IMG/VR virus record: IMGVR_UViG_3300010362_000103
Span: 1-24,129 of that record
Length of the DNA stretch: 24,129 bases
Source of the DNA: a virus
Taxonomy: Duplodnaviria; Caudoviricetes
Strand: one strand, 5' to 3'
The notes under the pieces: model-generated
The model's input: only the letters and a program-made list of their open reading frames with translations
What the model was told of the DNA's origin: nothing
The model's database searches: none
Part shown: positions 5,812 to 14,741 of the stretch, piece after piece
How positions within the stretch are numbered: position 1 is the first letter of the stretch
How the letters are laid out: the number at the start of each line of letters is the position of its first letter
Made by a program: the position numbers and the translations under genes

Positions 5812-6361
5812 CTCGGACCCAGAGTTTCCGGTCCTTGGCCGTGACCGAGCCCGATGTAGCTCTGAATTTCACGGCGACCGCGTATGTGCCCGCCGCCAAG
5901 AAGCACTCAAGCGCGTTGCCCGCAACCTGGCCGGTCGTCACATCGGCTTCGCCGACCGCCGATGCTTCCAGCGTCTTCGCGTCGGTATAGATCTCACGGA
6001 ACCCGGTGCCGACCGTTGATGCTTCCGTCAGATATTTCAGCGTGTTGGCGCCAATGTAGATCTGCACACGCCCGGCCGCGGAGACTGACGATTTCACACT
6101 CGCGTGATAGGTGATAAGCAACAGCCCGTTTTCCGGTACGACGATATTTGTGATTTCGTCCGCTGTGGCGAGCGTTCCGAATTCGGTGCTTTCTCGCGTC
6201 TGTTCGGTGGCGATGATTTTGGGCGTGTAGGGCGTCAGCTTTGGAGCATTGAGGAGCGTCTCGAGCCGTTCCGCCATCGATTTCGTGATCGTAGGCACGC
6301 TCGGCGGTTTGTCCGCGCCGAGGGCATAGGGGATTTTCTGTTTGCTCGTTTCGCCAGGCAT
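5801..6361 (-). CDS. Short tail fibre / minor tail protein
   Basis: Last gene of the baseplate module. N-terminal IPYALGAD.PP.VP motif like actinophage minor tail proteins; beta-rich C-terminal domain. Confidence 0.65.
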   Translation of the reverse strand: MPGETSKQKIPYALGADKPPSVPTITKSMAERLETLLNAPKLTPYTPKIIATEQTRESTEFGTLATADEITNIVVPENGLLLITYHASVKSSVSAAGRVQIYIGANTLKYLTEASTVGTGFREIYTDAKTLEASAVGEADVTTGQVAGNALECFLAAGTYAVAVKFRATSGSVTAKDRKLWVRVIG

Positions 6362-6370
6362 CAGCAGCTC

Positions 6371-6976
6371 CTAGAGGTCGGTGGGCAGGGCGTTTTCGAG
6401 TGCTTCGAAGTCTTTGAAGCCCCCTTCGAGCGCAGTGAAGGTTTCGTATTTCACGCTGGCTTCGACAGTCGTCCAAGTGACGCCTTCGATCGCTTCATAG
6501 ACCAGCACCATCCAGGCCGGCACCAGCGATCGGGCGATCCGTTCCGTCCGCGTCGGGCTGGGGGTCTCCGCGGCGAGAGTCGCGATGTAGGTCTTCCCGG
6601 TTTCCGGTTTGTTCGGTCGGATCGAGACCCACTGGGTTCCGGTCAGGGTGCGCCGTACCCCGATGTCGATCGTCGGTTCCTGGCCGCGTTCCCACCCGGT
6701 CGGCTTGGCGATCTCGGCGCGGATCTGTGCCTCTGTCATCTCCGGAGTGATCACAACGCCCACCCATTGCGCCAGCCATGGCAGGACGGAGGCCGGAGCG
6801 TTTTCGACATCGAAGGCGAGCGACCATCCAGGCGAGCCGTCTTCTTCCTGACCGACAACGGATGCGACCTCCTCAGCGGGTGAGGCGAGGGCATCGCAGA
6901 ATTTCTGCAGATCGCCGCTAACGTCATCCTCGGCGAAGGGACCGAGCGTGCCATAGAGAAGTTCGCCGAGCGTCAT
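6371..6976 (-). CDS. Baseplate wedge protein (P2 gpI / tail protein I-like)
   Basis: APASVLPWLAQWVGV motif; follows baseplate J. Confidence 0.8.
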   Translation of the reverse strand: MTLGELLYGTLGPFAEDDVSGDLQKFCDALASPAEEVASVVGQEEDGSPGWSLAFDVENAPASVLPWLAQWVGVVITPEMTEAQIRAEIAKPTGWERGQEPTIDIGVRRTLTGTQWVSIRPNKPETGKTYIATLAAETPSPTRTERIARSLVPAWMVLVYEAIEGVTWTTVEASVKYETFTALEGGFKDFEALENALPTDL

Positions 6977-8151
6977 TCAGCGGTCACCGTCAGGGTGAAG
7001 GGTTTGGTCAGCGGCGCCGGCGCCGTCAGGGTGATGTCTTTTTCTTCGAGGGCGCTCCCGTGTTTGGCGAGTTTCAGCGTCACCACCCGCCCCACTCCCT
7101 GCACCTGGTCGACCACCGAGATCAGCTCATTGCGGTAGAGCGTGGTCGAGTTGGTCCAGCTCGTCGCGGTGCTTTCATCCCCCAGGGTCGACACCCCCCA
7201 GTTCGCGGGCGAGAGATATTCTTCGAGCCGCGCTTTCACCGCTTCTTTGACCGCGGTCGTGGTGAAGCCGGTGATCGCCGTGACTTTGGCTTCGACATCG
7301 ATTTCGGTGACTGTTGGGTCGCCCACTTCGACGATCACGCCGGATGGGACCTTGGCGGCCTCGCGGGTCTGCAGCGCCGTTTTCGCTTCGGCGCTCAGTT
7401 TGGTCCCGGAGGCATCGACCGGGAAGACCGTCACGAACAGCGGTTTGCCTTCTTCTTTGGTCGACCACTTGTAGCCGGGGATGCAGAGGGCGCGTGCGAT
7501 CCCCGCCACCGAGCGGGCGTCGATCTCGAAGTCGCGCTGGACGATCAGCGACAGCGAAAGCAGCTGCAGCTCTTCGGTCAACCGGTTCAGATAGGCATCT
7601 TCTTCCTCTTCCTCGACCCCGCCCGATGTCGCGCCGACCAGTTTGATCCCGCCCGGGTCGACCACGTAGGCCAGGGTGTCGATCAGTTCGGGATCGCTGG
7701 TCAGTCCGTTCCCGGCTTCGCCCGGTTCGACCGCCCGCAGCAGCACCTGACCGGCGCTGGTCGACGTGGACCCCGGCGGTACGACGACGGTCGCCACCAC
7801 TTCGAAGCCGAGTGATTCTTCCCCGGAGGCCGGGATCGCCACTTTGGTCCCGGCCGGGATTTCGTAGCCGGCGTTGTTGATCATCGTCCAGGTGCTGGTC
7901 ACCGAAGCGGGCGTGGCGAGGATCGGTGGGACGTTGGCGATCGTTTCGCCGAAGCGCTTGAAGGCAGCGGCACCGGTGACCGATGCCTGTTCGCGCACCA
8001 GGGAGGAGAGCCGCGAGAAGGCTTTGATCAGCCAGACGTCGAGGTTCCCTTCGGCCGGTTCCCAGTCTTCGAACTGCGCTTCGAGTTCTTCATAGATCGT
8101 GAGCTCGAGCAGGTCGGCATCGTTTTCTTCGAGCAGATCGACAAAGGTCAT
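6973..8151 (-). CDS. Baseplate J/gp47 family protein
   Basis: IPAGTKV, AVEPGEAGN, GGVEEEEEDAYLNRL, DFEIDA and VDQVQGV motifs; position in module. Confidence 0.93.
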   Translation of the reverse strand: MTFVDLLEENDADLLELTIYEELEAQFEDWEPAEGNLDVWLIKAFSRLSSLVREQASVTGAAAFKRFGETIANVPPILATPASVTSTWTMINNAGYEIPAGTKVAIPASGEESLGFEVVATVVVPPGSTSTSAGQVLLRAVEPGEAGNGLTSDPELIDTLAYVVDPGGIKLVGATSGGVEEEEEDAYLNRLTEELQLLSLSLIVQRDFEIDARSVAGIARALCIPGYKWSTKEEGKPLFVTVFPVDASGTKLSAEAKTALQTREAAKVPSGVIVEVGDPTVTEIDVEAKVTAITGFTTTAVKEAVKARLEEYLSPANWGVSTLGDESTATSWTNSTTLYRNELISVVDQVQGVGRVVTLKLAKHGSALEEKDITLTAPAPLTKPFTLTVTAE

Positions 8152-8459
8152 GCGCTCTCGCTTTCAATGGTTATCCGCTCGGCCAGTTCTTCGATCGTCG
8201 CGGTGCCCAGCACTCTCGCCCGCGGCTCCCACTCGCTGATCGCATTCAGATAGGTCTCGGCGGTCGGGTTCGGTTCCAGCTGCTGGAAGGTCTCATCGGG
8301 GATGCCGAAGTCCGGGACCTCCACCCGCGAGCCGGCCATGGTGCGCAGGACCACCTCGACGCAGTCCTCGATCTCCTCGGCTGAGTCCTGCTCGATCACG
8401 GCGAACGAGGAGCCGCTGAGTCGGAACGGTGTGGCGAAGTGAGGGGTCCTCGTTGCCAT
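8148..8459 (-). CDS. GPW/gp25-family baseplate protein
   Basis: VLRT..GSR..VPDFGI...AISEWEPRA motif. Confidence 0.88.
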   Translation of the reverse strand: MATRTPHFATPFRLSGSSFAVIEQDSAEEIEDCVEVVLRTMAGSRVEVPDFGIPDETFQQLEPNPTAETYLNAISEWEPRARVLGTATIEELAERITIESESA

Positions 8460-8465
8460 GGTCTC

Positions 8466-9281
8466 CTAGCCGGCCGCGATCCAGAAGAATTTGACTTTGG
8501 TGCCGGCCGCCGGTTTGGTGCCGTCTACGGTCTTGATGCGGGCTTTGAAGGTCGTAGCCCCGACTTCCGACACGGCCTGACCGGCCCCGTTTACGAGGGA
8601 TTCACCCGTGATGACAACCGAGGTGGGGGTAGTGCCGAGGCTGTGGGTAACGGTTTTTTCGGCCTGTTCCGACCCCCCGGCGAATTCGACTTCTGAGGAG
8701 CCGAAGTTGATCTTGAGAACGCCGGCGACGGCGAGCTGGGGAAAGAGTTCCTTCGCCGCCGTGGCGAGCTGAGAGGTGCCCACCACCCCGGCTCCCAACG
8801 CATGGTTGTGGTCGGCGCGAGCGAAGCTTGAGGAGGTGCCCTCAGCATTGGTACCGCTCACGGTCGAAGCGGCAGCGGCCGCGATCGCGTGCTTGTGGTC
8901 GGCGCGGGCGGCTGAGGCCGAGACGCCGGCTGAGGCCGAATCGTCGGGGAGGATCGTGCCCGGCGTGCCGAAACTCGGTATCGATGCATCTGGCGAACTC
9001 GAGCTCGGCACCCACCAGACGATCAGCGGTGCTCCATCGGGCTGGTAGGAGAGCAGCGCCCGGTCGCCTTCCTTCGGATAGAAGAAGCCGACTGCCGTGA
9101 CGTAGGGCTGCCAGGGCATCGGGTCGGTGGCCGCCTGCTCGCTGTGGCTGGGCACGATGCAGCGGATCGCTTCTCCGGGTGCCGAGGCGTCATCGAGCAC
9201 CACGGCCTCGTGCAGTTCGGGCAGCGGCGCGGTGACGGCCACTGCGGTGAGCTGGGAGGGGTCGAGGGAGATGTCGGTCAT
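8466..9281 (-). CDS. Baseplate spike (gpV/gp45-like OB fold) fused to fibre-like repeats and a C-terminal beta domain
   Basis: ATG 9281 overlaps the hub stop. N-terminal ...YPKEGDRALL..PDG.P (spike P..GD.V motif), two ARADH.H repeats, C-terminal INFGS...VTHSLGTTPTSVVIT...FFWIAAG. Confidence 0.7.
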   Translation of the reverse strand: MTDISLDPSQLTAVAVTAPLPELHEAVVLDDASAPGEAIRCIVPSHSEQAATDPMPWQPYVTAVGFFYPKEGDRALLSYQPDGAPLIVWWVPSSSSPDASIPSFGTPGTILPDDSASAGVSASAARADHKHAIAAAAASTVSGTNAEGTSSSFARADHNHALGAGVVGTSQLATAAKELFPQLAVAGVLKINFGSSEVEFAGGSEQAEKTVTHSLGTTPTSVVITGESLVNGAGQAVSEVGATTFKARIKTVDGTKPAAGTKVKFFWIAAG

Positions 9282-11233
9282 CAGAAGCCGTGTGGGTGCC
9301 GCTTCGTGTGGAATTCGGCGAGTTCGCCGGGGCTCGGATGGAACTCCCCGCAGCCGCCGCTGGTGCCGCCGCATTGGAAGAAGCGCCCGGCGACCTCGAT
9401 GCAGACATGTTCGGTGTGGGGATCGCCGGTGCCGTTCTTGTCGTGGACCGTCACGAATTCCCCCTCCCCCGCCTCGCCCCAGGAGGCGAGCGTCACGGTC
9501 GTCAGCCTGCCGCTGAGCCAGCCGCCGACGTTGAGGGCTTTCGAGACAAAGCCCGAGCAGTCATACCCGGCGGGGCTGAAGCCGCCCCAGACATACGGGG
9601 TCTTCGCCAGGGCTTCGCGTTCGCAGAAGCCGAGCACGCGGGCGACTGTGGGATCGGCGGCGCCGGCGGCAGCCGTGTCTCCTTCCGCGGCCCCGTTCGT
9701 GGAGACCGTCCTCGTTTTCGTCTTCGGGGCAGGCTCGGGAAGCGGAGCGGTCGGCTTGCGCAGTTTGACCGTGATCAGCTTCAGATCGGAGACATCGGAG
9801 TCGCGCAGCGGCGCTTCGATCGATTCGACCAGGTAGCGGGCCCGCCCTTCCCCCGTCTTCGCCTTGCGGTTTGAGCTCAGCCCCTGCAGCTGGCCCTTCG
9901 AGTTGGCCTTGACCGGGGCATCGCCGAATCCGATCGAGGCCGGGCCATAGCCCGCCAGCGTCACCACCGATCCCGGCGGTGGCGTCCAGCGGTTCGCATA
10001 GGCGGAGATCGTCACTTCGGTCGCCGGGCGGTTGAGGTTGAAGGCGAAGGAGACCTTCTCGATCCCCGGTGATTCGCGGTCGATCGCCATCCGCACCATC
10101 CCCCGGAACAGTTCGATCTCGTCGATGAAGAAGAAGCGATGGGCCACAAAAAAGGCCCGCCAGTTGACCTCCTTGGCGAGCCGTTTGATCGCGGTCCAGT
10201 AGTCCTCGTTTTTGTGGACTTCGAATACATAGGGCTCCGTGGTCGTGATCGTTTCGGACCCGCCGCCCGAGTCCTCGCCATCGCCCGCCTGCACCCATTC
10301 GCGGGCCTGCGAGTCCCAGGGGCCGTAGTTGGCCGCGCCGTTGGAGTCGAGGCCCGCACCGGAGCGCTGGACGGCCTGGGCGACTTCATGCGGTGCCGCG
10401 CTGGGGTGGGCGTTGGCGTAGGCGATCGCGCCGCCTTCGCCGCCGAGATAGCCCTTCAGGAAGCCCGTGGCCGCCTCCTCGATCACGGTCGGGCTGTACT
10501 TGCTCCCCGATGCCGTCGTCCCGGTCATCTGGAAGTAGTTCTTCGAGGCCTTGCCGGCGACCGACTCGACAATCAGCGCGACGACCATCGCCACCTTCGC
10601 CAGGGTCGAGGCATCGAGGTGGTCGGCGACCCGCAGGGCGCGATCGATGATTTCGGCCTGCGCCGAGGTTGCCCGATCTTCCTTGACCGAGAGGCCCTTG
10701 GCCGAGTCGCCGATCCCTTTGCCCCGTTCCTCCTGGGCCGAGGCCTTCGCCTGCTTGCCCTGGCGTTCGGTTTTGATCGGCTGCTTTTTGTGCAGCTGCG
10801 GACAGGTGATCGCGATCCGGGGCAGCGCCTGCTTGACCAGGGCGACGATGAACTCGGCGCGGGTCGTCTTCGCCCGGTAGGCCTTCACCGGCCCGCCGAA
10901 TTCGCGCAGCCGCGCCACATCGCGATCCTCGAGCGTCAGGCTGAGCTGTGGGGGATCCAGCTGGGCCGCCATGTAGCGAAACCAGAGGCCGTCGATCTGG
11001 GCCTCGAGTTTCTCGGCGAGCAGGGCCGGTTCGAGGAAGGCGAGGTCGTGGTCATGCAGTGTCAGCGAGATCGAGCTCGAGCCGCCGATCGTTCGCGTCA
11101 GCGTCGGCGTCGGCATCACCGCGCCGCCCAGCTCGAGGGCGAGGTGGCGTCCGTCGCGCAGGACGAGGTCGCCGATGCTTGAGTCGATCCCTTGGACGCG
11201 GCCCAGGGCGCGGGCTGGTGAGATGGACGGCAT
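9281..11233 (-). CDS. Baseplate hub protein with inserted lysozyme-like domain and C-terminal NlpC/P60 peptidase
   Basis: Position between LysM and spike genes; hub motif EDYWTAIKRLAKEVNWRAF; ALIVES...FQ...AQAVQRS insert; PYVWGG...YDCSGFVS...EHV. Confidence 0.82.
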   Translation of the reverse strand: MPSISPARALGRVQGIDSSIGDLVLRDGRHLALELGGAVMPTPTLTRTIGGSSSISLTLHDHDLAFLEPALLAEKLEAQIDGLWFRYMAAQLDPPQLSLTLEDRDVARLREFGGPVKAYRAKTTRAEFIVALVKQALPRIAITCPQLHKKQPIKTERQGKQAKASAQEERGKGIGDSAKGLSVKEDRATSAQAEIIDRALRVADHLDASTLAKVAMVVALIVESVAGKASKNYFQMTGTTASGSKYSPTVIEEAATGFLKGYLGGEGGAIAYANAHPSAAPHEVAQAVQRSGAGLDSNGAANYGPWDSQAREWVQAGDGEDSGGGSETITTTEPYVFEVHKNEDYWTAIKRLAKEVNWRAFFVAHRFFFIDEIELFRGMVRMAIDRESPGIEKVSFAFNLNRPATEVTISAYANRWTPPPGSVVTLAGYGPASIGFGDAPVKANSKGQLQGLSSNRKAKTGEGRARYLVESIEAPLRDSDVSDLKLITVKLRKPTAPLPEPAPKTKTRTVSTNGAAEGDTAAAGAADPTVARVLGFCEREALAKTPYVWGGFSPAGYDCSGFVSKALNVGGWLSGRLTTVTLASWGEAGEGEFVTVHDKNGTGDPHTEHVCIEVAGRFFQCGGTSGGCGEFHPSPGELAEFHTKRHPHGF

Positions 11234-11911
11234 TCAAAGGCTCAGGTCGCGTCCCGCCGGCAGCGGGCGATTGGGATCGTTGTAGGCGGGGTTCTTCTTC
11301 GCGATCTCCCGCCAGCGCCTCCAGTCGCCGAGGATGTGGGCGGCGATCGAGGCGAGCGTGTCGCCCTGGCTGGTCCTATAGGAGACCGCCTGGGCCTTGC
11401 CGAGAGCGAACTTCTTGCCGCCCTTCTTCTTCCGCCGGCGCTTGATCGTGTCGGGGCGGATGTACTCGAGCAGGCTCAGCGTGAATTCGATCCGCAGCAG
11501 CTCACCGTCATCGCGTTTGATCACGCTCGGCCCATTGACCTGGATCCCGTTGTCGCCCAGGACCCAGGCCTTGCCCGGATACTCGACCGCACCATAGGCG
11601 CGGAAGACCGGCGGGACGTTCTCATCGCCGACCGGATCGCGCCCCAGCTTCTTGATCGTGTTCCACTCGCGTTCGACCGACTCCGCCTCGGTCCTGCGGG
11701 CGGGGGCCTTGATCGGAAAGTAACCGTCGAGCAGCAGCGGCACATCCTGGGTCAGTGGTTCCTGGCCTTCCCAGTCGGTCGAGGCGACATCATCCTGGCG
11801 CGGGACCGACGTCCAGCCACCGAGGCCGCCGGTGATCACCGCGGGCCCGTCCCCCATCGCGATCGTGATGTCGATCTCGGGGTCCTTGGCGATCAGCCTG
11901 CATTCCTTCAT
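11234..11911 (-). CDS. LysM-domain tail tube initiator-like protein
   Basis: C-terminal YRTSQGDTLASIAAHILGDWRRWREIAKKN...PNRPLPAGRDL; follows the TMP. Confidence 0.88.
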   Translation of the reverse strand: MKECRLIAKDPEIDITIAMGDGPAVITGGLGGWTSVPRQDDVASTDWEGQEPLTQDVPLLLDGYFPIKAPARRTEAESVEREWNTIKKLGRDPVGDENVPPVFRAYGAVEYPGKAWVLGDNGIQVNGPSVIKRDDGELLRIEFTLSLLEYIRPDTIKRRRKKKGGKKFALGKAQAVSYRTSQGDTLASIAAHILGDWRRWREIAKKNPAYNDPNRPLPAGRDLSL

Positions 11912-13578
11912 GCCAGGGCCGCGGCGTTTTCTCCCTCGCGCAGGAGTCCGTAGGCGATCTCTTTGCCATTCATGTGGAGGTGGATGTGGGTGGGCCCGGT
12001 GGTCCGCATTTGCTCCTTGCGCCCACCGCGTTCGCCGATGCCGAAGGGGTTCTGCGGGTTGGCCGGGTTGAAGCCGGTGCGCGACTTGCCGAGCGGGCCC
12101 CTCGGCACCGGTTTCGAGCCTTCGTTGTGGAGATTGACTTCACCCACATGGCCGAACTGGGGAGCGCTGACGCCGAGGAAGCTGAGGACGTTCGCGTCAT
12201 TGAGGACGCTGTTGATCGCGCTGATCCCCTTGTTGACGACCCAGATGAAGGCGTTGATGAAGTTTTCCGCCGCGTTGATCGACCACTTGCGGAAGGCGCC
12301 ATGAGTCTTTTTGTCGACCTGTTCGGCGATGAAGAAGCCGAGCAGGACCAGGCCCGCCGCCATCCCGATCGCGAACATCCGCCCGGACATCTGGCCCATC
12401 GCGCTGAAGCGTTTGCGGAACAGGGTCGAGAGTGCTTCGCCCTCGGCGAGCTCGACGCCCATCACCGCGAGCATCCTCGTACCGATCGCCTTCGCGATCG
12501 CCCCACCCGCAGCACCGGCGACCTTCTTGATCAGGCCACCCGCGCCCATGTATTTGAGCAGCCAGGCGGTGATCACCAGCTTGCCCGCCAGGTTCGAGTT
12601 CTTGAAGCCGGTCCAGATCGCACCGGCCAGAGCGAGGCCGAGTTTGCCGCCGCTTTCCGCCACCTTCGGCAGCGCATCGGCGATGAATTTGATCAGCGTG
12701 TCCTCGAGCCGTTCGAACATTTTCGAGACGTGGTTGATCTTCTGTTCGGTCGTCAGGTCCGAGTTGAGGACGCGGACGAACTGCTGGAACTCGCCCTCGG
12801 CGTCGGAGAGCACCGGCATCAGGGTCGAGGCGAGCCCGACTTTCAATCCCAGCATCGCGACCTTGGACTCGCGCTGGGCGGTGACGAACGCCATGATCTT
12901 GTCGTTCGTCTTCGTGTCGAGGGTGACGCCGTACTTGTCAGCCCAATGGAGCTGTTCTTTCAGGCCTTTCGCCCCATCGGAGAACAGCGGCAGCAGCGTC
13001 GCGTAGCCTTTGCCGAGCACCGATTTGGCGGCCGTCATCCGTTTCGTGCCGCCGGTCTCATCCCCCAGGGCCTTGGCGGTCCGCAGCAGGATCCAGTTGA
13101 AGTCGCCGCCGTGCTTGATCAGTTCCTGCTGGGTGATCCCCAGCTGGTGGAAGGGCGTCAGCAGCGTCCCGCCTTTGCGGGCGGCTTCCACCGATTTGGC
13201 CGAGAGGATCGAGAAGACGCCGGCGAGCTGTTTGGTATCGATCCCCCGCGCCTCGGCCACCGCTCCCCAGCGTGAGGCTTCCTGGGTGGTGATCCCCAGG
13301 TTGCGGGAGAGGCCGGTGGTCGTCTTCGCGAGCTCGGTCGTCTTTTCGATCGCCGACTTGAGGAAGAAGACCCCGGTCGTGCCGATCGCCAGCAGCCCGT
13401 ATTTGGCAGCCGAACTCAGCCGCGAATAGGCGCGGGAGAGCACGCCCGTTTTCCTCGCCGTGCGCTCGCTCGCGCCCCCGACTTTCGAGATGCCCCGGCC
13501 CGCACGTTCGCCCTCGTGGGCGACCTGGGAGGCGCCCAGGAGTTTCATGCGGATCTCGAGCAGCTCGTTGGATGCCAT
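11908..13578 (-). CDS. Tail tape measure protein (556 aa)
   Basis: Ala/Gly-rich helical protein with hydrophobic segments and C-terminal HIHLHMNGKEIA motif; follows the chaperone; SD AAGGAG. Confidence 0.9.
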   Translation of the reverse strand: MASNELLEIRMKLLGASQVAHEGERAGRGISKVGGASERTARKTGVLSRAYSRLSSAAKYGLLAIGTTGVFFLKSAIEKTTELAKTTTGLSRNLGITTQEASRWGAVAEARGIDTKQLAGVFSILSAKSVEAARKGGTLLTPFHQLGITQQELIKHGGDFNWILLRTAKALGDETGGTKRMTAAKSVLGKGYATLLPLFSDGAKGLKEQLHWADKYGVTLDTKTNDKIMAFVTAQRESKVAMLGLKVGLASTLMPVLSDAEGEFQQFVRVLNSDLTTEQKINHVSKMFERLEDTLIKFIADALPKVAESGGKLGLALAGAIWTGFKNSNLAGKLVITAWLLKYMGAGGLIKKVAGAAGGAIAKAIGTRMLAVMGVELAEGEALSTLFRKRFSAMGQMSGRMFAIGMAAGLVLLGFFIAEQVDKKTHGAFRKWSINAAENFINAFIWVVNKGISAINSVLNDANVLSFLGVSAPQFGHVGEVNLHNEGSKPVPRGPLGKSRTGFNPANPQNPFGIGERGGRKEQMRTTGPTHIHLHMNGKEIAYGLLREGENAAALA

Positions 13579-13586
13579 GGTCTCCT

Positions 13587-13778
13587 TCAGCCCTTCGCCG
13601 TTTGCTTCGCCATCTGTTCTTCACTGCGCCGGCGGATCTCCTCGGCCTCCTGGACGGCAGCCGTCAGCACCAGGAGGTCGGAGTGCTCCATCGCCAGGAC
13701 CCACAGCGGGTCGATGCTGAAATGCATCCCCGCAAGTGCCGCGAGTTTCAGCGCCTCATCGCCGCGGCACTCGGCTAA
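13587..13778 (-). CDS. -1 frameshift extension of the tail assembly chaperone (gpT-like, 63 aa)
   Basis: Not in the ORF track. The -1 frame after GGATTTTT reads LAECRGDEALKLAALAGMHFSIDPLWVLAMEHSDLLVLTAAVQEAEEIRRRSEEQMAKQTAKG* and ends just before the TMP SD. Confidence 0.75.
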   Translation of the reverse strand, partial: LAECRGDEALKLAALAGMHFSIDPLWVLAMEHSDLLVLTAAVQEAEEIRRRSEEQMAKQTAKG

Positions 13779-14341
13779 AAATCCTCGTCGTCCCCCTGGT
13801 TGATCCCGGACATCCAGCCGTCGATCCGTTCGAGGTGGCCGAAGATCGAGAGCTCGGTCGGGAACATCTGGCGGATCAGGGTGCGCACCTTGCCTTCGGC
13901 ATCGGCGCCGATCGCATCAGCGAGGCGCTCGTCGTAGCGCACCGGCTCATCGCCGAAGGCCGGGTCGGTCTCATTCAACGGCTTCATGGTGCCGTTCTCC
14001 TGGCGGCAGAAGATTCCGACGCAGGCGGCGGCGATGGTGTCGATCGTGATCTTCAGCTCCGTCTCCGGATCCTGGGTGCGCGCCATCTTCATCCCGCGCT
14101 TTTTCAACTGCTCGAGCTCCTCGTAGTCGAGGACCCGGTAGCGGCCGACCAGCGTCCCCCAGCCCTCGATGTCCTCCCATCCTGGGATCGCGAGGTCAAG
14201 AGGACGGCGCTCCTCAGCGAGCTTCCGCCGTCGCTGCTTCAGGCGCTCGAGCTGCGAGGTGGGCCTGGCAGGTGGCGTCTCGATCGGTACCTCGGCGGGA
14301 GCCTCGCCGTTGATCCGCTCGGCGCTAACCGACTGTGCCAT
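13775..14341 (-). CDS. Tail assembly chaperone (gpG-like)
   Basis: Between tube and TMP; acidic end DDEDF* on a slippery GGATTTTTAG. Confidence 0.8.
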   Translation of the reverse strand: MAQSVSAERINGEAPAEVPIETPPARPTSQLERLKQRRRKLAEERRPLDLAIPGWEDIEGWGTLVGRYRVLDYEELEQLKKRGMKMARTQDPETELKITIDTIAAACVGIFCRQENGTMKPLNETDPAFGDEPVRYDERLADAIGADAEGKVRTLIRQMFPTELSIFGHLERIDGWMSGINQGDDEDF

Positions 14342-14741
14342 CCACGCTCACCTCAATCGTGACCTGCGCGGCGTCGGAGGCCTCCGAGTCGCGTTCGGGC
14401 GGCGTCACCGACTTCAGCTTTCCGCTCTGCACCAGTGGCGCTCCGAAGACGTTGTCGTCGGGATCGAGCGCTTGGTCCTTGACGACCACCGAGGCCTTGC
14501 CGGCGCGGTTCATCCAGCCTTTGATCTTCGGCAGATCGCGGTCGAGGAAGAAGGTCCGCACCGCGGTGATGTTTTCGGGGATCTGTTTGCCGCCCAGGGA
14601 CTGCGGAGCCTGGCGCCCGCCGGGATAGATTTTCGTGTCGTCGGAGTCGATCATCCCGCCCGACTTTTTCTCCCAGAGCCCGGTGTCGACACCGTCGATC
14701 GTGATCGTGATCGCGGACTGGTCTTTTCGGTTACCCGCCAT
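14325..14741 (-). CDS. Tail tube protein
   Basis: 138 aa beta-rich protein immediately after the sheath. Confidence 0.82.
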   Translation of the reverse strand: MAGNRKDQSAITITIDGVDTGLWEKKSGGMIDSDDTKIYPGGRQAPQSLGGKQIPENITAVRTFFLDRDLPKIKGWMNRAGKASVVVKDQALDPDDNVFGAPLVQSGKLKSVTPPERDSEASDAAQVTIEVSVDGTVG

